Source: Macrostomum hystrix (lineage: Eukaryota > Animalia > Platyhelminthes). From it: a stretch of DNA of 64,000 nucleotides. The translations under genes and the position numbers were made by a program. The DNA is taken from contig CATNEN010000007.1 of the NCBI GenBank assembly GCA_950097015.1, forward strand, positions 7,936,001 to 8,000,000, in the 5' to 3' direction. Below the pieces are notes generated by a model. It was not told where the DNA came from and ran no database searches. It saw only the letters and a list, made by a program, of their open reading frames with translations. How positions within the stretch are numbered: position 1 is the first letter of the stretch; every line of letters begins with the position of its first letter. Positions 11,425 to 23,588 of this stretch are shown piece after piece.

Positions 11425-14400
11425 CTGACCACTCCGCAAAGACTAGAAACAAAATAATATTGAAGAAAAAACGAAACGTTATTCTTTTATAAAGATGCAC
11501 GAGTAATAATGTAAGTTTATTTATGTAATAAGTTGATGTAATGTATTAATGTAATAAAAATATATTTATACTCCTATAATTTTTAACAAAAAATAGTAAT
11601 AGTATTAAAAAAGCTATTTATCAAGCAAACTGTAAATAAAAAAATCTACTCTAAAATGAATTAAAATAAATATAAAGATTATGAGCTGGTTTCTGTAAGA
11701 ACTGAAGATTATAGTAAGCTAGTCTGTGTCTTAAACAAAGATGACTTCTTACTTTTGTTCAGCGCACAAAAATGAGGTAAGCTCTATTCCTAGCCTTCCT
11801 TGAAGTATTTAGTTTGGGAGACATGCAGTAGCTATAGCTATTTTATTTATAATTTATAATTATATAGTTAATTAGCAAAAACTTTATTTTCTGTCTAAAA
11901 TCTAGTGGGAAAAGGTAAGTAACTGTGACAAAATAATACAGAACCACAAAAAGTTAAATAATCATTCATATAAATACATTTTTTTCTGTTCCTATTCATA
12001 GTGCGTTGCTGTGATATCGAACAAACATAATTATTACCAAGCAACGAAATGAAGAATTCATGGACATGCGTACAAACAGTAATGGAAGTAAAAAAATCTG
12101 TCTTTCTATCGATAATAAATTTGCGGTTTTGCTTACAAAGCGAGTATTGCAAAATCATAGCCTCTTAGGTTTTTGCTTGGAAAAAAAATTAAATCTATAT
12201 TTTTAATAGAGTAGGAAATACTTATTTGCTCAAATATGAAATGCTAAAATATTTGTTAAAATGTGCAAAAATGTTCGTGATGCAATGTTAAAATCATTAC
12301 TTCCTGAGTGCGCGGGACCTGTTTACTTAAAAGTAGATTAAATCATTTTTGTCCTTTACGCCATTCTATTTTTATCTATCGGAAAAGAAGCAGACCGAAA
12401 CGGAAACGGAATGCTAGCGATAAAAAGCGTTCATTATATTTTAAGACCTAGAAGAGTCAGGTAAAATAAGAGAGAAAATGGCAAAAATAGGAATATGATA
12501 ATATCTAAGCATAAGCGACTAGAAACGAAAAAGATCGAGTAAAAAATTACGTCTCTTCAGAGCTAGCTAGTGCATCACACATCAGAAAATATAGTGCATT
12601 GTACATGCTTTCTGCCGGAGAGTATTTGAAAGTTTTTGCTTTAAATGTAGGAAATTGTTTAGCACTATAGTTAAGTATGTTAACTTAAAGCACGATAAGC
12701 TATATGTGCCTATATGTAGTGCTTTCCAGCGTTTTTGTGTGCTGAATAGGGTTTTTCGTTTTTCGTTAGAATCACCACGCAGTTTTAAAAAAATTATATA
12801 GCTTTAACTCATTAAACGTTAGTTTCGAAAACGCGCGCTATTATCTTCCTAATCGTAATACAAAAAAAGAAAAATTCAATTGGTATCCGCTTAGCGCCAA
12901 GTACACGGGGCTTGAGATGAGTCCGAATTGAGTTTTATTCGTAGCACCATGCAAGCTGCAGCACAAAGTGCAAGCCAATTATTACTGCCGAGCTCATATC
13001 GCCAAAATTGACGCAATCGGTCTGCTGCATGTTTGCTCAACTCTAGGCTCAGATCAGCCCATCATGATATTCAATTTTACGCTGCAGCTAGCAGTGTCAG
13101 CATAGGCAATGCATGGGTAAACAAACTGACTTGCTGGACTAAACTATAGCTGCATAATCGGCACAGTTCAAAAGAGCTTTGTCCGCTTAAATCCCACCTG
13201 ATTCCGGACACAAGGATTCCCAGGAGGAAGATGACAAAAGTGACTTGAGTAGAAAGAAATCGGAACAATCAATTGATCAATCGATTGGAGCATTGTTTTA
13301 GCTTGAAGGCAAAGCGAGAACTTACGTTGTTTCCTGGGCGTTGTTTCCACTAATCTGCTAATGAATCCTTTCGCTCGAGGCAGGAAGGGAGAGATTGCGT
13401 GGGCAGCAGGGAATGACGTCGAAAAGGCGAGTCAAATGAGCAGATTTTTGGCAGACTGTTGCACTGTGGGATTCCGCAATAGAAAAATCTTTATGAAACT
13501 TACCCAATCTTAATTTAGACTTTTCCATCGATTCGAATTGGGCAGGACAACGCCCCCCGACCAAACTTGGACAGAACTCAAATCATCCATATTGGGACGG
13601 GTTGCAAGCTTGAGCTCTGCAAACCAGCCAAAGCACTCGTTTGTCACGGTTAACGAGTTGGAAAACCGAGTGCTCAGATTTGCAAATGCAGGAGTCTTTG
13701 CGCGGACTCAAAGGGATGCAATAATACTCAGCTGTTTTGTTTTGGAGGCTTGTTTCTGACTCTGCAGTGTCTGTTCTTGGCTCTGCAGTGTCTGTTTTTG
13801 ACTCTGCAGTGTCTGTTCTTGACTGTACAGTGTCTGTTCTTGGCTCTGCAGTGTCTGTTCTTGGCTCTACAGTGTCTGTTCTTGACTGTATAGTGTCTGT
13901 TCTTGACTCTACAGTGTCTGTTCTTGGCTCTACAGTGTCTGTTCTTGACTCTACAGTGTCTGTTCTTGGCTCTACAGTGTCTGTTCTTGACTGTATAGTG
14001 TCTTTTCTTGACTCTACAGTGTCTGTTCTTGGCTCTACAGTGTCTGTTCTTGACTCTACAGTGTCTGTTCTTGGCTCTACAGTGTCTGTTCTTGACTCTG
14101 CAGTGTCTGTTTCTTGACTCTACAGTGTCTGTCTTTGGTTCTACAGTGTCTGTTCTTGGTTCTACAGTGTCTGTTCGTGGTTCTACAGTGTCTGTTCTTG
14201 GTTCTACAGTGTCTGTTCGTGTTTCTACAGTCTATTCTTGGTTCTACAGTGTCTGTTCTTGACTGTACAGTGTCTGTTCTTGGCTCTACAGTGTCTGTTC
14301 TTGACTCGACAGTGTATGTTCTTGGCTCTACAGTGTCTGTTCTTGACTGTACAGTGTCTGTTCTTGGCTCTACAGTGTCTGTTCTTGGCTCTACAGTGTC

Positions 14401-14564
14401 TGTTCTTGGTTCTTCAGTGTCTGTTCTTGGCTCTACAGTGTCTGTTCTTGACTGTACAGTGTCTGTTCTTGACTCTACAGTGTCTGTTCTTGACTGTACA
14501 GTGTCTGTTCTTGACTCTACAGTGTCTGTTCTTGGCTCTACAGTGTCTGTTCTTGACTCTACAG

Positions 14565-15139
14565 CAGGGGTCGGCAACCTTATATACCCCGCGGGCTAAA
14601 GAGAGAATCTTAAAGACGACGGCGGGCCGCATGAAGAAAGGGGAGAGATGAGACCACAGATACTATAATAACTGTTATTATAGTTATTATAGTATCTGTG
14701 GATGAGACACAGGAGAGATCAGACAGGTGAGAGATGAGACGGGGAGATAAGACGCAAGAGAGATGAGACAGGGGAGAGATGAAAAAGGGGAGAGATGAGA
14801 TAGGGGAGAGATGAGACAGGGGAGAGATAAGACAGGAGAGAGATAAGACAGGGGAGAGATGAGATAGGGGAGAGATGAGACAGGGGAGATATAAGACAGG
14901 AGAGAGATAAGACAGGGGAGAGATGAAAAAGGGGAGAGGTGAGACAGGGGAGAGATGAAAAAGGGGAGAGGTGAGACAGGGGAGAGATAAGACAGGAGAG
15001 AGGTGAGACAGGGGAGAGGTGAGACAGGGGAGAGATGAGATAGGTGTACTGTAGAGTAGGTGTTAGGAGGAGCTAAGGGCCGGATTTGGGAGCTTCGAGG
15101 GCCGCATCTGGCCCGCGGGCCGGAGGTTGCCGACCCCTG
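14565..15139. mobile_element. hAT (Charlie-like) MITE, 575 bp
   Basis: Perfect 16-bp TIRs CAGGGGTCGGCAACCT/AGGTTGCCGACCCCTG, 8-bp TSD CTCTACAG (14557-14564 and 15140-15147), subterminal GCGGGCCG motifs. Confidence 0.9.
14654..14701. mobile_element. 48-bp palindromic micro-element with 6-bp flanking direct repeat
   Basis: Perfect 20-bp arms CCACAGATACTATAATAACT/AGTTATTATAGTATCTGTGG with an 8-bp spacer, flanked by ATGAGA on both sides. Confidence 0.6.
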
Positions 15140-15847
15140 CTCTACAGTGTCTGTTCTTGGCTCTACAGTGTCTGTTCTTAACTCTACAGTGTCTGTTCTT
15201 GACTCTGCAGTGTCTGTTTCTTGACTCTACAGTGTCTGTCTTTGGCTCTACAGTGTCTGTTCTTGGTTCTACAGTGTCTGTTCGTGGTTCTACAGTGTCT
15301 GTTCTTGGTTCTACAGTGTCTGTTCGTGGTTCTACAGTCTATTCTTGGTTCTACAGTGTCTGTTCTTGACTGTACAGTGTATGTTCTTGGCTCTACAGTG
15401 TCTGTTCTTGACTCTGCAGTGTCTGTTCTTGGCTCTACAGTGTCTGTTCTTGACTCTACAGTGTCTGTTCTTGACTCTGCAGTGTCTGTTCTTGACTCTA
15501 CAGTGTCTGTTCTGACTCTACAGTGTCTGTTCTTGACTCTACAGTGTCTGTTCTGACTCTACAACGCTAGTACTGTCTGACTCTGCAGGACTTGCTAACT
15601 TGTAGAAAATGTGTAGAAATGCCTATTTTACGGAAAAATCGATATTGTTATCTGGGAGTGCTTATCGAGTGTTGTAGATTGTAGAAGATCGCTGCACTGC
15701 GTCCATTTCATTAATTACTCTCCTTCGCACTTAAGAGCACAAGAGACAAATTTTATGATTTCATAATTCTGAGAAAAGTTAAGAAATTGCAACACTCATT
15801 AGCAAATTAGCTGATTCCGACTTTTTTTACGCGTTTTTTTCTAGGCA

Positions 15848-16133
15848 GGTGGGTAGGGTAGGGAGGGTATTCAGGGTAGGCATGGTAGGCAGGGAAGGCA
15901 GGGTAGGCAGGGTGGGCAGGGTAGGCAGGGTAGGCAGGGTGGTCAGGGTAGGCAGGGTAGGCAGGGTAGGCAGGGTGGGCAGGGTGGGCAGGGTAGGCAG
16001 GGTAGGCAGGGTAGGCAGGGTAGGCAGGGTAGGCAGGGTAGGCAGGGTAGGCAGGGTGGGCAGGGTAGGCAGGGTAGGCAGGGTAGGCAGGGTAGGCAGG
16101 GTAGGCAGGGTAGGCAGGGTAGGCAGGGAAGGC
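15848..16133. repeat. 9-bp minisatellite (GGGTAGGCA), G-quadruplex-capable
   Basis: About 30 tandem units with GGG every 9 nt. Confidence 0.95.
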
Positions 16134-16305
16134 ATCAAAATAAAAAATATAGTTTTGCTAAGAAGATCTTACACAAGCGACTCATAATCTCGGTCAATCC
16201 AGTGTATTTATAGATTTAGTCCCCAAGCATTAGTACATGTATCCCGCAGCAGCGCGGGTCCATCGAAGAATTATTCCACTGGTTCGGGCCGTGAGTTTCG
16301 CGGCC

Positions 16306-16575
16306 TCACCGGCGGTAATCATAGTTGCGGTAGTTGCGCAGGACGTGGTTCAGGTAGCGGTAGCTCTTCTTGCGCACCATGAAACCGCGGGAGCCCGTGC
16401 CGCTTTCTCCGTCCCGACCGCCGCCGATCATAGCATCTCGGAGGTAGTCATAGCCGCGCTTGTTGGCGACCATCTTCGCCTCATCGGCTTCAGCGCTGGG
16501 AGCGGCAGCCGCAATGGCCACAGCCACCACCAGCAGCAACACCAGCGGTTGCAGGGACGATGTTGGACAATTCAT
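16306..16575 (-). CDS. Neuropeptide/peptide hormone precursor A (89 aa)
   Basis: Signal peptide LVLLLVVAVAIAAA; KR-GYDYLRDAMIGG-GR; RKK-SYRYLNHVLRNYRNYDY-RR. Splice acceptor cacag|acATG immediately upstream. Confidence 0.8.
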   Translation of the reverse strand: MNCPTSSLQPLVLLLVVAVAIAAAAPSAEADEAKMVANKRGYDYLRDAMIGGGRDGESGTGSRGFMVRKKSYRYLNHVLRNYRNYDYRR

Positions 16576-16684
16576 GTCTGTGCGGTGTTAAATTTGTGTT
16601 TGAAATCGTTTAGACAGCCATCGTGGCTGTGAATACCGCATTTTCACTGAATTTTTATCCCTTGCCGTTTCTTCACTCCATCTT

Positions 16685-17432
16685 TGTCGTTTCCTAACTC
16701 CATCTTTACTGATTCCTAACTCCATCTTTACCGATTCCTAACTCAATCTTTACTGATTCCTAACTCAATCTTTACCGATTCCTAACTCAATCTTGACTGA
16801 TTCCTAACTCAATCTTGACTGATTCCTAACTCAATCTTTACTGATTCCTAACTCCATCTTTACTGATTCCTAACTCCATCTTTACCAATTCCTAACTCAA
16901 TCTTTACCGATTCCTTACTCAATATTTAACGATTCCTAACTCAATCTTTACCGATTCCTAACTCAATCTTTACCGATTCCTAACTCAATCTTTACCGATT
17001 CCTTACTCAATATTTACTGATTCCTAACTGAATCTTTACTGATTCCTTACTCAATCTTTACTGATTCCTAACTCAATCTTTACCGATTCCTTACTCAATA
17101 TTTACTGATTCCTAACTGAATCTTTACTGATTCCTTACTCAATATTTACTGATTCCTAACTCCATCTTTACTGATTCCTAACTCAATCTTTACCGATTCC
17201 TTACTCAATATTTACTGATTCCTAACTGAATCTTTACCGATTCCTAACTCAATCTTTACTGATTCCTAACTCCATCTTTACCGATTCCTAACTCAATCTT
17301 GACTGATTCCTAACTCAATCTTTACTGATTCCTAACTCAATCTTTACCGATTCCTAACTCAATCTTTACCGATTCCTAACTCAATCTTTACCGATTCCTA
17401 ACTCAATCTTTACTGATTCCTTACTCAATATT
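16685..17432. repeat. 22-bp minisatellite (TTCCTAACTCAATCTTTACTGA)
   Basis: Tandem units in the predicted 5'-UTR intron of precursor A. Confidence 0.95.
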
Positions 17433-17979
17433 TTAGACTTCAATAAATATTTTTATTTTTACGCAGTCGCAATTGGAACTGCAAAATTTGTAATTTTGGA
17501 AATTTCTATTCATAATGTCATCAATTGAAACAAAATTTACTCAGTTAAACAAATTGAACCGGACAAGCTCATTGCGAGAGTTTCGTTGTCCCGCATTCAT
17601 TAAGCCGACTAATAGGAAACCGCCATCCCTGCCATGGGTTCGCTTTCCCTAGCCCTTCACTCCATCCCGAGAAAAGGCCTCATATTGCAGACTGTCCGCT
17701 AGATAAGCTGTTCTGTTTGCTAAAACAGCTCACAATTTGCAGGCGCTAACTTAGCTGAGAAACTAGTTTTAGAAATGAGCACACCTGAGCACTTGCTTTT
17801 GCAATGATTGCAATCCTAGTAGGGTATGAGTAGAGAGTTAGTGTGGGTAATGCAGTTCACTACTGCAAATGATTTAATGAGCTCGCGGCCATTCATGCAC
17901 CGAATTGCATGTTCATTCACTGTCTAGCTCTTTGTAACTCTGCGCTGACCTTCTTTATCACCGAATCAGTGAGACTTGC

Positions 17980-18180
17980 GGTCACTCTATGAGTCACTCC
18001 ATCAGTCACTCTATCAGTCACTCTATCAGTCACTCTATCAGTCACTCAATCAGTCAGTCACTCTATCAGTCACTCTATCAGTCACTCTATCAGTCACTCT
18101 ATCAGTCAGTCACTCTATCAGTCAGTCACTCTATCAGTCACTCTATCAGTCACTCTATCAGTCACTCTATCAGTCAGTCA
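17980..18180. repeat. 12-bp minisatellite (ATCAGTCACTCT)
   Basis: Tandem units. Confidence 0.9.
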
Positions 18181-18261
18181 TTCTATTGCATAATTGATCA
18201 GTAACCTGTAAAGGTGTCATTATCATCAAACATTGAAATTCAGAGACAAGATGCAAATTAC

Positions 18262-18374
18262 CTGAGCGCGGTTCTCGGAATGCTGCTGAATGAGGGGTTT
18301 GAGCAGAGAGCAGAGGAGCGGCTTGAGTCGGGCTCATCTGAGCTTTTAACCGTTCGCAGCTAAAAAATGATTGG
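18262..18374 (-). promoter_or_regulatory. Candidate promoter and non-coding first exon of precursor A
   Basis: Minus strand: CCAAT (18374-18370), TTAAAA (18349-18344), then an exon ending CAG|GTAATT at 18262. Confidence 0.45.
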
Positions 18375-18611
18375 TCGCCTCTCCTCGAGTCTGAATTAAA
18401 GAAAAAAATGCAGAGTTGGACTGGTTTTAAAGGTCATTATTCACACCATACTACTGTTGAAGTAGAGAGATGTTCAGGGCTAATTTCTTGTCAACCGCTA
18501 TTTGAGGATAGACTCAAACAGATATTTAAAAAACTCACAACTCGTCCAACTTGAACAGCCAGTGGACCAATGAGAGAATGGGAGAAATCAAATAAAGATC
18601 TGGTTGTCTGA

Positions 18612-20800
18612 TAAGAGATGAGACAGGGGAGAGATGAGACAGGGGTGAGATGAGACAGGGGAGAGATGAGACAGGGGAGAGATGAGACAGGGGAGAGATG
18701 AGACAGGGGAGAGATGAGACAGGGGAGAGATGAGACAGGGGAGAGATGAGACAGGGGAGAGATGAGACAGGGGAGAGATGAGACAGGGGAGAGATGAGAC
18801 AGGGGAGAGATGAGACAGGGGAGAGATGAGACAGGGGAGAGATGAGACAGGGGAGAGATGAGACAGGGGAGAGATGAGACAGGGGAGAGATGAGACAGGG
18901 GAGAGATGGGACAAGACAGAGATGAGACAGGGGAGAGATGAGACAGGGGAGAGATGAGACAGGGGAGAGATGGGACAGGGGAGAGATGAGACAGGGGAGA
19001 GATGGGACAGGGGAGAGATGAGACAGGGGAGAGATGAGACAGGGGAGAGATGGGACAGTGCGGAGATGAGACAGGGGGAAGATGAGACAGGGGAGAGATG
19101 GGACAGGGGAGAGATGAGACAGGGGAGAGATAAGACAGTAGAGAGATGAGACAAGGGAGAGATGAGACAGCGGAGAGATGAGACAGGGGAGAGATGGGAC
19201 AAGACAGAGATGAGACAGCGGAGAGATGAGACAGGGGAGAGATGGGACAAGACAGAGATGAGACAGCGGAGAGATGAGACAGGGGAGAGATGGGACAAGA
19301 CAGAGATGAGACAGTAGAGAGATGGGACAAGACAGAGATGAGACAGTAGAGAGATGAGACAGGGGAGAGATGAGACACGGGAGAGATGAGACAGGGGAGA
19401 GATGAGATAGGGGAGAGATGAGACAGTAGAGAGATGGGACAAGACAGAGATGAGACAGTAGAGAGATGAGACAGGGGAGAGATGGGACAAGACAGAGATG
19501 AGACAGTAGAGAGATGGGACAAGACAGAGATGAGACAGTAGAGAGATGAGACAGGGGAGAGATGAGACACGGGAGAGATGAGACAGGGGAGAGATGAGAT
19601 AGGGGAGAGATGAGACAGGGGAGAGATGAGACAGGGGAGAGATGAGACAGGGGAGAGATGAGACAGGGGAGAGATGAGACAGGGAGAGATGAGACAGGGA
19701 AGAGATGAGACAGGGGAGAGATGAGACAGGGGAGAGATGAGACAGGGGAGAGATGAGACAGGGGTGAGATGAGACAGTGCGGAGATGAGACAGGGGAGAG
19801 ATGAGACAGGGGAGAGATGAGACAGGGGAGAGATGAGACAGGGGAGAGATGAGACAGGGGAGAGATGAGATAGGGGAGAGATGAGACAGGGGAGAGATGA
19901 GACAGGGGAGAGATGAGACAGGGGAGAGATGAGACAGGGGAGAGATGAGACAGGGAGAGATGAGACAGGGAAGAGATGAGACAGGGGAGAGATGAGACAG
20001 GGGAGAGATGAGACAGGGGAGAGATGAGACAGGGGTGAGATGAGACAGTGCGGAGATGAGACAGGGGAGAGATGAGACAGGGGAGAGATGAGACAGGGGA
20101 GAGATGAGACAGGGGAGAGATGAGACAGGGGAGAGATGAGACAGGGGAGAGATGAGACAGTGCGGAGATGAGACAGGGGAGAGATGAGACAGCGGAGAGA
20201 TTAGACAGGGGAGAGATGGGACAAGACAGAGATGAGACAGTAGAGAGATGGGACAAGACAGAGATGAGACAGTAGAGAGATGGGACAAGACAGAGATGAG
20301 ACAGTAGAGAGATGAGACAGGGGAGAGATGAGACAGCGGAGAGATTAGACAGGGGAGAGATGGGACAAGACAGAGATGAGACAGTAGAGAGATGGGACAA
20401 GACAGAGATGAGACAGTAGAGAGATGAGACAAGGGAGAGATGAGACAGCGGAGAGATTAGACAGGGGAGAGATGGGACAAGACAGAGATGAGACAGTAGA
20501 GAGATGGGACAAGACAGAGATGAGACAGTAGAGAGATGAGACAAGGGAGAGATGAGACAGGGGAGAGATGAGACAGTAGATAGATGATACAGGGGAGAGA
20601 TGAGACAGGGGAGAGATGAGACAGGGGAGAGATGAGACAGGGAAGAGATAAGACTGGGAAGAGATGAGACAGGGAAGAGATGAGACAGTGAAGAGATGAG
20701 ACAGGGAAGAGATAAGACTGGGAAGAGATAAGACTGGGAAGAGATAAGACTGGGAAGAGATAAGACTGGGAAGAGACGAGATATGGGATGAGAGACGAGA
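18612..20800. repeat. 18-bp GA-rich minisatellite (GAGATGAGACAGGGGAGA)
   Basis: About 2.2-kb tandem array; the same unit fills the MITE at about 14700-15040. Confidence 0.95.
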
Positions 20801-21929
20801 CCCGCCCTTCCTCTGATTAACTTTTACTCACGATTGTGTAAGTTCTATTCAAAGCAAAAGCAAAAGAGACCTCGGAAAATATCCCATTAGAAGGACACAT
20901 GCATTGCATCTTTGTGTCCTGCTCGCTGACATGTGCTCAAAAAACTGTCCTGTAGAAATGGCTTCACAGTGCAGAAGCATTTCCTTGCAGCGCATATCGG
21001 GTATCGGCTCAAAAATACTCAAAGCTTAAAAGCACTTAGCAATCATTTTGTTCGACCATAGACTATACAGGTGTTCTTTGATCACTTGATCACACTGACA
21101 TAAAAAATGTTGCATCCACGTAGGAAGTGCGCGCTAAACTGCCCAGCAACTAATCGAAAAGTGCGAAAGTACACCCAGTACAATTCGTCGAAACCTCGTA
21201 CTCGAATGAAAAATTACAATTTTTAGACTATTATAAGAAATAGTAAATATACATTTTGCGAATTCCTTTTTCTTTTCATTGTTTCCTGGAAAGTGGTGAA
21301 AACCTGTTGTGTGGGCGATGGTATCATTTTTTAATAATGATAAAATAAAAGATAATCAATATCAGCAGCAGCAGCAGCAGATAAAAAATCTCCCAAATAG
21401 CCCATTGTGACAAGCGGGAATTCCGCTGCTTGCCCAGCCTTTAACTCGTGAATGGGATCTTAACAATGGGAGACGGATGAGTCACCAGCCTCCTCCCTCT
21501 GACAAGGAGTGCTCTGCAGACTGCACTCGACAATGCAGCGATAGTTTGAGCACTTTCCTCACTGCCTCATCGCCTTCGATCGGAAAATGGGGGGAACTGA
21601 AAAAGCCGACTCAGTAGCAAACACTCGCTTTTTATGTCTCCATGCTCTGCTCAGTTGAAAGGCTCGCAGACTCCTGGTCGAATAGAAGACGAGGCCATTG
21701 AATGCCGTATCCGATTGGTGAGGCCATGTTTGTCAAGAGGCAACGTCTCAAATAAGATGGGAGGCAGGAATTTAGATTTAGATTCAATCCAATGAATGGA
21801 ACAAAGAAGATGCTTAATTAGGGATCTCAGTCTTTTCTGCAATGTGACTTAAAAATATACCCGAGGTAACTTTTCGTCTAATAGTTTTCTTTTCTTCGTT
21901 ATCACTTTCATTTACTTTTCAATCTCAAA

Positions 21930-22400
21930 TCCTCAGCTTCCATCCTTCATTCATCAGCTTCCATCCTTCATTCATCAGCTTCCATCCTTCATTCCTCAGC
22001 TTCCATCCTTCATTGCTCAGCTTCCATCCTTCATTGCTCAGCTTCCATCCTTCATTGCTCAGCTTCCATCCTTCATTGCTCAGCTTCCATCCTTCATTGC
22101 TCAGCTTCCATCCTTCATTGCTCAGCTTCCATCCTTCATTGCTCAGCTTCCATCCTTCATTGCTCAGCTTCCATCCTTCATTGCTCAGCTTCCATCCTTC
22201 ATTGCTCAGCTTCCATCCTTCATTGCTCAGCTTCCATCCTTCATTGCTCAGCTTCCATCCTTCATTCATCAGCTTCCATCCTTCATTGCTCAGCTTCCAT
22301 CCTTCATTCATCAGCTTCCATCCTTCATTGCTCAGCTTCCATCCTTCATTGCTCAGCTTCCATCCTTCATTCCTCAGCTTCCATCCTTCATTGCTCAGCT
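21930..22400. repeat. 21-bp minisatellite (CAGCTTCCATCCTTCATTGCT)
   Basis: Tandem units. Confidence 0.95.
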
Positions 22401-22640
22401 ACCGACCCTAATTATTAACCTAGCAGACTTCTAATGCCTCTGAGTCTAAAGTCCCTTGTCATAGCGGTCAGTTCTATCACTAGCGAAAGTGATTAATTAT
22501 TCGAAAATTTTGCAAAACAGTAAAAAAGGATTTCACTAAAGTCGAACTCCAAAGATTGAGTCAGTCAAATATTTGCTCGCAAACGTTTCGGGCCATCGAC
22601 ACCTCGCCCTGGTCCAGGTGACGGATGAGCTTCGCTTCTG

Positions 22641-22770
22641 ATTGGCTCCTGACGCGATTCCTCAGACGGGATAAAAGCATTGAGTCGGGATCCATCTCAG
22701 GCCCTTTCCCTCGCTCGGAGACCCCGCTTCAGACTAAAATCTCAGCCCAAATCGGTCTACCGATTCGCTG
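22641..22770 (+). promoter_or_regulatory. Candidate promoter and non-coding first exon of precursor B
   Basis: ATTGG (reverse CCAAT) at 22641, TGACG CRE half-site at 22650, GATAAAAG at 22670, donor G|GTGAGT at 22770/22771 and matching acceptor cctcctcag| at 23572. Confidence 0.5.
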
Positions 22771-22827
22771 GTGAGTGTTTTAAACCTGGGCTAGGCATCT
22801 CAGAGCCTAAGTTGTGGAGGGAGAGAT

Positions 22828-23050
22828 GGGGCAGCTCACGAGAGACACCCCAGAGCCTGAAATATTGGGAGAAACTGGGCAGCTCACGAGAGACACCATA
22901 GAGCCTGAAATATTGGGAGAAACTGGGCAGCTCACGAGAGACACCATAGAGCCTGAAATATTGGGAGAAACTGGGCAGCTCACGAGAGACACCCTAGAGC
23001 CTGAAATATTGGGAGAAACTGGGCAGCCCACGAGTGACACCCCAGAGCCT
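22828..23050. repeat. 45-bp minisatellite, about 5 copies
   Basis: TGGGCAGCTCACGAGAGACACCATAGAGCCTGAAATATTGGGAGAAAC-type units. Confidence 0.9.
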
Positions 23051-23588
23051 GTGATGGTGGTACAAGACGGTAGACACCTCAGAACCTAGCTTTGAATTAC
23101 AAATAAAACGTCAGTCGGAAAACGCAGGTCAGCTGCGTTCTTCAGAGTTTCGGAGCCACGAAAATATTCGACGGACTTGTCTCTGCAGAGTTAAGGTGAA
23201 GTTTTATTCGGTTTACATAAAGATATCCTTCCAGTGACAAAAATCCATTGGAATCCATCGATTAGAATCCCAGAATTCCTACTTGGGTTCGCCGACAGAA
23301 AAGGGATTGTGAAAGTGGGGAATCTTTGTTTGACTAGTTCCTAATTGGCACCTAATTCACACACCCAGCTCCCATTTGAAATCTGTTGAGAACCGGCTCA
23401 GCCGGTGAATGCGAAAGCTCAAAGGGGTTAAAGCAGACACCGCAAAGACAGTAGAAAGAATTGCCGATAGCAACTGGGCGGGATCTTGTCAGCTCAAAAT
23501 CTTCTCACTAGTGACTAGCTGCGAGCTTAGTTCCTATCCCAACACTTTTTGCTGTGCTCTGCACCTCCTCAGTCTCTGATCGACAGCA

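Larger units (their letters stand above)
13755..15562. repeat. 21-bp minisatellite (CTACAGTGTCTGTTCTTGACT), interrupted by a MITE
   Basis: Tandem units visible on both sides of 14565-15139. Confidence 0.95.
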
